Source: Chloroflexota bacterium (GTDB lineage Bacteria > Chloroflexota > Dehalococcoidia > GIF9 > UBA5629). From it: a stretch of 30,891 bases of DNA. Both the position numbers and the translations under genes were made by a program. The stretch spans positions 1 to 30,891 of the forward strand of contig JAPLHM010000083.1 of the NCBI GenBank assembly GCA_026389635.1. The letters are read 5' to 3'. The notes under the pieces were generated by a model. The model did no database searches. It was not told the origin of the DNA and was given only the letters and a program-made list of their open reading frames with translations. This document shows, piece after piece, positions 23,956 through 30,891 of the stretch (the first letter of the stretch is position 1; each line of letters starts with the position of its first letter).

Positions 23956-25671
23956 TTATTTACGCAGGGCATTGGCCGGGACGGCGGCCTTTTCCAACAC
24001 CACCGTTTCCCCCTCGGCCAGGCCCGAGATTATCTCCGTGACGGTCTTGTCCTGCAGGCCTACAGTGACCGGGCGCTGCTCGGTCAGGCCCATCTTTTCA
24101 TCCTTGAGTACCAGTACCGTGTAATAGCCACCCTTACCGCTCACTGCAGCGCTGGGCACGGTCAGCACACCGGCGCGCGAATCGACCGCAATCTGGGCGC
24201 TGGCGGACATGCCGCCACTAAGGTATGCGGTCTCAGCGGGGTCGAGGGCGATCTCTATCTTGTAGGTCGGCAGGGTGGTCTGCATTGTGCCGTAATACTG
24301 TATGCTGTTTGATTGCGTGGGGCCGAATGGAGAGATAAAAGTAACGCGGCCCTTGAACTGCTGGCCGGGGAAGGCGTCAACAAGTATGATCGGTTTAAGC
24401 TCTTCCAGCGGCCTGCCCGCAATCTTAGCTATGTCTATCTCGTCCAGGAGGCCAGCCATGCGGACGGCATTCACGTCAGCCAGCTGGACCACGTATGAAT
24501 CTATGGGCACACCTGTCACCGCGTAACGCTGGGTTATCATGTCCCCGGCCCGCAGGTTGATGTCGGTGACCCTGCCGTCGAAGGGCGCAATCAGCTCGGT
24601 CTTGAGCAGGGCCTGCTTGGCCCGCTGCAGGTTGATGATGGCGACCTGAACTGCAATATTGTAGTCGCGCATGGTCTTGAGGTTAAGGCCTGCGCGGAAT
24701 GTTGAGATGTTCTCGTCGAGTATCTTCAAACTCAGCTCCATGTCGTGCTCGATGATGGAGAGTGTTTCCGCATACTTGACCGGGTCCGGGTACTCCTGCT
24801 GCTTCAGCGTGTCCATCTGTGCCAGAGAGGCCGTTATCTCGTTGACCACCGTGTACGCGGTGCAGGTATCGGGGTAAACCGAGTTCTGCGGGAGGTGGTT
24901 GAGCCTCTTTACCACGCTGTAGGTATCGCCCATCTCCACCAGCATATTCTGCAAAGAGTCGGAAGCTGGTCCGTAGCTGCCGCCCTTAAACTGCAACTGC
25001 AGGGCCGATATTTGGTCGATCTCGTCCGTCAGCCTGCCAATGGCCAGGTTGATGTCGTAATCAGAATAATTTGCCTGTGTCACATCCACCAGGTCGAGCC
25101 TGATGCGGCGGTAATCCGGGTCGCTGTAGAACTTCTTTGCACCTTCAAGGTCGTACTTCGCCAGGGTGATCTGCTCCGCGGCATCCCCGTAATTGCCGGC
25201 CTGCAGGAGCACGCGGGCCTTCTCCAGTTCCTTCTGCGCGAACTCGAACCTCAGTTGGGCCACCGCGTCGCAGTAGAACCCGGGGGATCGGTTGACGCCG
25301 CAGCAGGTGGTCTGCACTACGTTGTTGATGGCCAGTTCCAGGGTATACTGCGCCGCTTCCACGGCCATCTTCTGTGTGGTGTCGTCCAGCTTGGCCAGCG
25401 TCGTGCCGGCCCCGACAACATCCCCTTTCTCCACATATATGGCTTTTACCCGCCCGCTGTAGGGCGGGGTGAACATAGAGGTGTCGAAATAGAGGTTGAC
25501 CGCCAATGGCATCTCGATAGTACCGTCGGCGCTGACCTTAACCACCAGGTCGCCCTTCTGGACCCGGGCCACGGCCAGTGGCTGGACGAGCGTGACATTG
25601 CTGCAGCCGCCCAGAATAATGCCCATGGCCAGTACGGCCGCCACAGTCGTGTAAAAATATCTTTTCTTCAT
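23956..25671 (-). CDS. Oversized membrane-fusion/periplasmic adaptor lipoprotein (about 571 aa)
   Basis: Lipobox-like ILGGC, VKVSADG, VEKGDVV, LIAPFDGRV, LDEIDI, VPSAAV, VTVGL. Start set at ATG 25671 after AGGAG, not 25713. Confidence 0.85.
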   Translation of the reverse strand: MKKRYFYTTVAAVLAMGIILGGCSNVTLVQPLAVARVQKGDLVVKVSADGTIEMPLAVNLYFDTSMFTPPYSGRVKAIYVEKGDVVGAGTTLAKLDDTTQKMAVEAAQYTLELAINNVVQTTCCGVNRSPGFYCDAVAQLRFEFAQKELEKARVLLQAGNYGDAAEQITLAKYDLEGAKKFYSDPDYRRIRLDLVDVTQANYSDYDINLAIGRLTDEIDQISALQLQFKGGSYGPASDSLQNMLVEMGDTYSVVKRLNHLPQNSVYPDTCTAYTVVNEITASLAQMDTLKQQEYPDPVKYAETLSIIEHDMELSLKILDENISTFRAGLNLKTMRDYNIAVQVAIINLQRAKQALLKTELIAPFDGRVTDINLRAGDMITQRYAVTGVPIDSYVVQLADVNAVRMAGLLDEIDIAKIAGRPLEELKPIILVDAFPGQQFKGRVTFISPFGPTQSNSIQYYGTMQTTLPTYKIEIALDPAETAYLSGGMSASAQIAVDSRAGVLTVPSAAVSGKGGYYTVLVLKDEKMGLTEQRPVTVGLQDKTVTEIISGLAEGETVVLEKAAVPANALRK

Positions 25672-25742
25672 ATCTGGATACTCCTGATCTATGATGAACC
25701 TTGAGAAGGCCATTTACGCGGGGTATGATAAAAATTGCCTTA

Positions 25743-25771
25743 TTTATATAACTTTTTACACTGGCTGTCAA
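25743..25771 (-). promoter_or_regulatory. Promoter TTGACA-N17-TATAAA for the efflux cluster
   Basis: Perfect -35 and 5/6 -10 with 17-bp spacer on the - strand. Confidence 0.6.
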
Positions 25772-25775
25772 AGGT

Positions 25776-25804
25776 TTGAAGCAAAGCTGCCGTACTGCTA
25801 TACT
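25776..25804 (+). promoter_or_regulatory. Promoter TTGAAG-N17-(TGc)TATACT for gatB
   Basis: Extended -10 with 17-bp spacer; the GTG start lies only 10 nt downstream, with no SD. Confidence 0.6.
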
Positions 25805-25814
25805 ATCAGACGGC

Positions 25815-27284
25815 GTGGACTACGAGACAATCATCGGCCTGGAGGTACATTCCCAGTTGCTGACCATGAGCAAGATGTACTGCGCATGCAGTGCAAACTA
25901 TGCCAGCGACCCTCCCAATACGCACGTCTGCCCGGTTTGCATGGGTATGCCGGGAGTGCTGCCCGCTATAAACCAGAGGGCCGTGGAGTTCACCATCATG
26001 ACTGCCCTGGCGCTTAACTGCTCCATCCCGGAACACGCCAAATTCGACCGCAAGAACTATCCCTATCCCGACCTCATGAAAGGTTACCAGATATCACAGT
26101 ACGATATGCCTATGAGTATCAAAGGTTACCTGGTCATAGATATCGATGGCAGGAAAAAGAAGATAGGCATCACTCGAGTTCACCTTGAGGAGGACGTGGC
26201 CAAGCTGGTGCACCGCACCTCCGCGGAGGGGGAAAGCTACAGCCTGGTGGATGTCAACCGCGCCGGCATGCCGCTGATGGAGATAGTCAGTGAGCCTGAT
26301 ATGAACTCACCCGAGGAAGCACGGCTTTACCTGGTAAAGCTACGGGCCATCCTTCAGTACCTGGGTGTCTCCACCGGCAACATGGAGGAAGGCAGCTTCC
26401 GCTGCGACGCCAATATCAGCATCCGACCCAGGGGCACAAGAGAATACCTGGGCAAGGTGGAAGTCAAGAACATGAACAGCTTCCGCGCCGTTTACCGCGC
26501 CCTTGAGTACGAGGAGAAGAGGCAGCGGGAAGTATTTGATGCGGGGGGCAAGATAGCCCAGGAGACGAGGGGCTGGGTGGACGAAAAAGGTATAACATTC
26601 AGCCAGCGCAGCAAGGAATATGCCCACGATTACCGGTACTTCCCCGAGCCGGACCTGCCTCCCCTGTCCTTCAGCCGCCAGGCGGTGGAAAAGATCAGGG
26701 CAGCACTGCCCGAGCTGCCGGAAGCCAAATTCGACCGGTTCGTCAGCCAGTATAACCTGACCTCTTACGATGCCGGGCTGCTGACCGATAACAGGGCCCT
26801 GGCCGGCTATTTCGAGGATTGTCTGGCCACAACTCCGGCGGCGGAGAAGGAAACCGGTAAAAAAGCCAAGACTATCAGCAACTGGTTGCTGGGCGATTTC
26901 ACTCGCCTGCTCAACTCTACTAACAGGCAGATCTGGGACAGCCGCGTGAAGCCCGGGCAATTAGTTGAAATGATCGACCTGGTTGAAAAAGGTACTTTAA
27001 GCGGGCCTTTAGCCAAGGCAGTCTTCGAAGAAATGTTCGAGACCGGCAAGCCCGCAGGGGCTATTGTCGCAGAGAAAGGGCTGGTTCAAATCAGCGACAG
27101 CGCTGAACTTGCTATAATAATAGATAAGGTGATTACAGATAACGAGAAGGCCGTTGCCGACTACAGAGCAGGCAAAGAAGCTTCGTTGACCTTCCTTATC
27201 GGGCAGGTCATGAAGGCTTCCAGGGGGAAGGCCAACCCTGCTGTTGTCAGGCCCATAATCGTTGATAAACTCGGAGGAAATTAG
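25815..27284 (+). CDS. gatB: Asp/Glu-tRNA(Asn/Gln) amidotransferase subunit B
   Basis: [54 protein letters not shown]. Start set at GTG 25815. Confidence 0.97.
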   Translation: MDYETIIGLEVHSQLLTMSKMYCACSANYASDPPNTHVCPVCMGMPGVLPAINQRAVEFTIMTALALNCSIPEHAKFDRKNYPYPDLMKGYQISQYDMPMSIKGYLVIDIDGRKKKIGITRVHLEEDVAKLVHRTSAEGESYSLVDVNRAGMPLMEIVSEPDMNSPEEARLYLVKLRAILQYLGVSTGNMEEGSFRCDANISIRPRGTREYLGKVEVKNMNSFRAVYRALEYEEKRQREVFDAGGKIAQETRGWVDEKGITFSQRSKEYAHDYRYFPEPDLPPLSFSRQAVEKIRAALPELPEAKFDRFVSQYNLTSYDAGLLTDNRALAGYFEDCLATTPAAEKETGKKAKTISNWLLGDFTRLLNSTNRQIWDSRVKPGQLVEMIDLVEKGTLSGPLAKAVFEEMFETGKPAGAIVAEKGLVQISDSAELAIIIDKVITDNEKAVADYRAGKEASLTFLIGQVMKASRGKANPAVVRPIIVDKLGGN

Positions 27285-27285
27285 C

Positions 27286-27510
27286 ATGCCCATTTATCTG
27301 ACCATTGCACAGCTTGTACTTGCGGTTGCGCTTATTATCGTCCTGGCCCTGCAGGTCAAGGGCGGAGGCCTGGGAGGTATCTTCGGGCAGGCGGACGGCG
27401 TATACCGGACCAAGCGCGGCGTGGAGAAAACCCTCTTCAACGTCACCATCGTCCTGGCGGTGATGTTTGTCATCCTTTCAATCGTAATCGTCAGGGTCAG
27501 CTCGGCTTAA
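27286..27510 (+). CDS. secG: Preprotein translocase subunit SecG
   Basis: LQVKGGGLGGIFG...RTKRGVEKTL, two TM segments; ATG 27286 after GGAGG. Confidence 0.92.
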   Translation: MPIYLTIAQLVLAVALIIVLALQVKGGGLGGIFGQADGVYRTKRGVEKTLFNVTIVLAVMFVILSIVIVRVSSA

Positions 27511-27527
27511 CAGGGAGGCACAACGAC

Positions 27528-28373
27528 ATGTCACGTGTCATCACGCTGACGACCGACTTCGGCACCGGCGACGGTTACGTCGCAAGCATGAAGGGTGTTA
27601 TCCTCGGCATTAACCCGCAGGCAACCGTAGTTGATATCTCCCACTCGGTGGAACCCCAGTTCATCCGGCAAGCTTCGTTTATCATACACACTTCCTGGCG
27701 CTATTTTCCCGAGGGCAGTATTCATATAGTGGTGGTCGACCCGGGCGTGGGCAGCCACCGCAGGGCCGTTGTCTTAAAAACACCGTCGGCTTATTTCGTT
27801 GCTCCCGATAACGGCACGCTGAGCTATGTACTGCACGAGGTAGCCGACGTGCAGGGGTCTCATAACCGCTCCGCTCCAGACCAGGCGACCAGCCGGGCCG
27901 TGCCGGAGGGATGCGAGGCCGTCTCGCTCACCGCGAAGGAATACTGGAGGCATCCCGTGAGCGCGACCTTCCACGGGCGCGACATCTTCGCGCCGGTGGC
28001 CGCCCACCTTTCTCTGGATATACCCTTGACGAAATTCGGTGAAAAAGTGGACAGCCTGACAGTTTTTCCCATACCTGTCCCTTTCAAAGACGCTACAGGC
28101 CACACGGTTGGTCACATAATACACATCGATCGCTTCGGCAACCTGGTAACCAACCTTCGCAGCCGGGATATACCGCAGGGAGGGGCCGCGGTTGAGGTCA
28201 AGAATCAGCGCATCGATAACACCGGGCGGTACTATTCACAGGGCAGCGGGTTAATGGCCCTCATAGGCAGCAACGACTACCTCGAACTATCCTTCAGGGA
28301 CGGCAGCGCCGCTTCGATCCTTGGGGCACACGTGGGCGACACCATAAAATTGCTCAACCAGCCTTCGCGCTGA
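27528..28373 (+). CDS. DUF62 SAM hydroxide adenosyltransferase (SAM hydrolase; halogenase homologue)
   Basis: ITLTTDFG, VVDPGVGSHRR, SATFHGRDIFAP, HIDRFGNLVTN. Confidence 0.9.
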   Translation: MSRVITLTTDFGTGDGYVASMKGVILGINPQATVVDISHSVEPQFIRQASFIIHTSWRYFPEGSIHIVVVDPGVGSHRRAVVLKTPSAYFVAPDNGTLSYVLHEVADVQGSHNRSAPDQATSRAVPEGCEAVSLTAKEYWRHPVSATFHGRDIFAPVAAHLSLDIPLTKFGEKVDSLTVFPIPVPFKDATGHTVGHIIHIDRFGNLVTNLRSRDIPQGGAAVEVKNQRIDNTGRYYSQGSGLMALIGSNDYLELSFRDGSAASILGAHVGDTIKLLNQPSR

Positions 28374-28374
28374 T

Positions 28375-29733
28375 CTACCTGGCTACCTTCCAGACCGTGC
28401 CCTTAGCAGTATCCTCTATGGCTACACCCATCCCGGTCAGCCGGTCGCGCACTTCATCGGCCAGCTTCCATTCTTTGGCCTTGCGGTATTCATTGCGCTT
28501 TGCTATAAGAGCCTCTATCCCTTGCTCTTCTCCGACCGACAACTTCCTGGTTTCCTGCAGGGTAAAACCGATTACACCGGCCAGTTCCCTCAGCGTGTCC
28601 TGCGCGTCTCGGATGTCGAGTCCTCTCTCATTGCCGCGATTGATTTCACGCACCAGGTCGAACAAGGCTGCCACCGCCTGAGGCGCGTTAAAATCATCAT
28701 CCATCGACTCGACAAAGCGGCCCTTAAACTGCCCTGCGTCCAGGACATCCCCACTTTGTTTTCCCTCTGCCTTGAGGGCCTGCCGCAGGCGATCAAGGCC
28801 GGTTTCGGCCGCATCCAGTGCATCCGTACTGTACTTAAGCGGCATCCTGTAATAGGAGCCTATTATGAAGAGCCGTATAGCGTCCGCGCTATTGCGGGCC
28901 AGCGCCTCTTTAATTGTGACCAGGTTGCCCAGTGACTTGCTCATCTTATCGGCGCCGAGCTGCAGGAAACCGTTATGCATCCAGGTGCGCACGAAGGGTG
29001 TAACGCCTGTATAGCATTCTGACTGGGCCATCTCGTTCTCGTGGTGCGGGAATACCAGGTCCTGCCCGCCCCCGTGTATATCCAGCGAGTTGCCCAGGTG
29101 GCCGGTGGACATGGCGGTGCATTCGATGTGCCAGCCAGGGCGGCCGTCCCCCCAGGGGCTGGGCCATGAGGGCTCACCCGGCTTGACCGCCTTCCAGAGA
29201 GCGAAATCCAGCGGGTCCTCCTTCTTTTCGGCTTCAGCCGTCGCCGTAACGCGCATATCATCAGCGCTCTGGTGCGTTAGCTTGCCATAGCCCGGGAAGC
29301 TCTTAACGCGGAAATAGACGCTGCCATCAGATTGATAGGCATGGCCCTTCTCCACCAGCACACTGATCACCTCGAGTATTCGTGGCACCTCTTCGGTAGC
29401 CCTCGGATAGATGGTTGCCCTCTTAATATTGAGGGCATCTGTGTCGGCAAAATACTCGGCAATATATTTTTCCACCAGGTCCTTCCAGGGGATGCCCCGT
29501 TCCCTGGCGCGGTTAATGATCTTGTCATCGATATCGGTGAAATTCTGAACGTATTTTACCCTGTATCCACGGTATTCAAGGTAGCGCCTGATGACATCGA
29601 ATGACACGTAACACAGCGCGTGACCGAAGTGGCAGACGTCGTAAACTGTCACACCGCAGACGTACATCTTCACCTCGTCGCCTGAGGGCGAAAAGTCCTC
29701 CTTTTGCCCCGACAGGGTGTTGAATATCTTCAT
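28375..29733 (-). CDS. cysS: Cysteine--tRNA ligase
   Basis: YVCGVTVYD, HFGH (HIGH variant), DFALWK, GRPGWHIEC, FPHHENE, KMSKS. Confidence 0.97.
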   Translation of the reverse strand: MKIFNTLSGQKEDFSPSGDEVKMYVCGVTVYDVCHFGHALCYVSFDVIRRYLEYRGYRVKYVQNFTDIDDKIINRARERGIPWKDLVEKYIAEYFADTDALNIKRATIYPRATEEVPRILEVISVLVEKGHAYQSDGSVYFRVKSFPGYGKLTHQSADDMRVTATAEAEKKEDPLDFALWKAVKPGEPSWPSPWGDGRPGWHIECTAMSTGHLGNSLDIHGGGQDLVFPHHENEMAQSECYTGVTPFVRTWMHNGFLQLGADKMSKSLGNLVTIKEALARNSADAIRLFIIGSYYRMPLKYSTDALDAAETGLDRLRQALKAEGKQSGDVLDAGQFKGRFVESMDDDFNAPQAVAALFDLVREINRGNERGLDIRDAQDTLRELAGVIGFTLQETRKLSVGEEQGIEALIAKRNEYRKAKEWKLADEVRDRLTGMGVAIEDTAKGTVWKVAR

Positions 29734-29756
29734 GGGACACCTCGTATCAAGTAAAA

Positions 29757-30227
29757 TTATTCCCCGAGCATGGCGACGGCGTAAGCGGCCATCCCTTCAC
29801 CCCTGCCGGCAAATCCCAGGCCGTCCGTTGTGGTGGCCTTGACCATCACCTGGTCCTCCTCTATCCGCAGGGCCAGGGCGATATTGTGCCTCATCTGGTC
29901 TATATACGGTGCCACCTTGGGTTCTTCGGCAATCAGCGTGCTGTCCACGTTTTTAATTACGTAACCGGCCGAAGCCACCTTGCGACCCACATGCTCCAGC
30001 ATATGTATGCTGGAGGCGTCCTTGTGCCGGGGGTCACCGGTGGGGAATTGGTGCCCGATATCCTTTAATCCGGCGGCGCCCAGCAGAGCATCCATGACGG
30101 CATGTACCAGCACGTCTGCATCGCTGTAGCCATCCAGCCCTTTTTGGAACGGGACAGTCACCCCTCCCAACACCAGGGCGCGCCCGGCCACCAGCGGATG
30201 GACATCGTAACCTATGCCTGCTCTCAT
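29757..30227 (-). CDS. ispF: 2-C-methyl-D-erythritol 2,4-cyclodiphosphate synthase
   Basis: GIGYDVH, SDADVLVHAVMDALLGAAG..DIG..FP, KATTT. Confidence 0.96.
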   Translation of the reverse strand: MRAGIGYDVHPLVAGRALVLGGVTVPFQKGLDGYSDADVLVHAVMDALLGAAGLKDIGHQFPTGDPRHKDASSIHMLEHVGRKVASAGYVIKNVDSTLIAEEPKVAPYIDQMRHNIALALRIEEDQVMVKATTTDGLGFAGRGEGMAAYAVAMLGE

Positions 30228-30231
30228 ATTA

Positions 30232-30891
30232 TCACCTTCGCTTTGCGATTATTTCCGCCAGTGCCAGGTCTTCACGTGTAGTGATCTTGATATTCTCGTA
30301 ATCCCCCGCATACAGTCTTACCTTAAAGCCGATCCGCTCCACGGCTGCGGCATCATCCGTGACTTCGCCATCCAGCGAATTGTATGCCTTTTTCAATATT
30401 TCATATCGAAAGACCTGGGGTGTCTGAACTGCCATTAGCCGGTCACGCGGCAGAGTCGCGGACACAATTTGGTTTCCATCCACCTGCTTAACAGTGTCCT
30501 TGACCGGCACAGCCGCGGCCGCGGCTCCAGTTGACCTGGCAGCTTTTATCCCATCGTCTATCAGCCTGTCCGTAAGGAAAGGGCGCGCGGCGTCATGTAT
30601 CAGCACCAGTTCACAATCCCCCACGCCGGCCAAACCATTTTTAACAGAATCCTGCCTCAGGTTGCCACCGGCGCAAACCCGGGTCACCTTTGACCATTCA
30701 TTTTCATGGGCAAGGGCCCTGCCTTCCCGCAAACGACTTTTATGTAAAACTAAGATGATTTCCCGCACATGAATATTACGCTGCAGGACTTCAACCGGCC
30801 AGGCTATAACGGGTCTGCCGGCCAGGTCCAGGAATGCCTTGTCGGCGCCCATCCTGCTACCGCTCCCGGCGCCGACCACGATGGCAACCAC
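30232..30891 (-). CDS. ispD: 2-C-methyl-D-erythritol 4-phosphate cytidylyltransferase, 5' end probably cut by the window edge
   Basis: AGSGSRMGADKAF, GGNLRQDSV, LIHDAARPF, VQTPQVF, TDDA, NIKITTREDL. Confidence 0.95.
   Translation of the reverse strand: MVAIVVGAGSGSRMGADKAFLDLAGRPVIAWPVEVLQRNIHVREIILVLHKSRLREGRALAHENEWSKVTRVCAGGNLRQDSVKNGLAGVGDCELVLIHDAARPFLTDRLIDDGIKAARSTGAAAAAVPVKDTVKQVDGNQIVSATLPRDRLMAVQTPQVFRYEILKKAYNSLDGEVTDDAAAVERIGFKVRLYAGDYENIKITTREDLALAEIIAKRR

Noticed and set aside
23049-25704. Long + strand ORFs 23049-24041 and 24745-25704
   Set aside because: Antisense shadows of GC-rich efflux genes, with no recognisable motifs or SD.
27528-28373. DUF62 gene as a SAM-dependent chlorinase/fluorinase (tempting in a Dehalococcoidia-like genome)
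   Set aside because: It keeps the Asp-Arg-His triad of SAM hydroxide adenosyltransferases (VDPGVGSHRR, TFHGRD). True halogenases lack the His at this position (recalled).
28375-29733. HFGH instead of HIGH in CysRS as a sign of altered function
   Set aside because: Hydrophobic substitutions at this position are tolerated, and all zinc-binding and KMSKS motifs are intact.

Overview
This window reads as chromosomal DNA from a Chloroflexota (Dehalococcoidia-like) anaerobe. That assignment is inferred from the gene set, synteny and monoderm-type efflux/Tat genes, not from a database search. The left end is a visibly AT-richer type I restriction-modification operon (hsdM-hsdS-hsdR, EcoAI/EcoEI-like). 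The 274-bp hsdS-hsdR gap holds three related palindromes and what looks like a collapsed relic of Bro-N-like passenger gene(s). The backbone carries an M16 peptidase (broken), pdxS (apparent 12-codon deletion), an AAA-R3H protein, tmk-rnhB-yraN, and a minus-strand operon of FMN split-barrel, DUF4389-like membrane protein, an uncharacterised glycyl radical enzyme (GRE) and an AhpD/CMD protein, with no activase in the window. It continues with a Tat-signal DUF362 protein and membrane polyferredoxin next to tatA-tatB-tatC, a nitroreductase, an MFS transporter, corA, an efflux cluster with a broken EmrB-like gene and an oversized adaptor lipoprotein, gatB-secG-DUF62, and cysS-ispF-ispD (ispD cut by the window edge). 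I saw no tRNA, rRNA, CRISPR array, integrase or transposase. The best leads are the palindrome/Bro-N relic in the RM locus, the activase-less GRE operon, and three clean internal deletions in otherwise intact genes (biology versus assembly artefact is unresolved). Family assignments come from motif recognition and recalled homologues; no searches were run.
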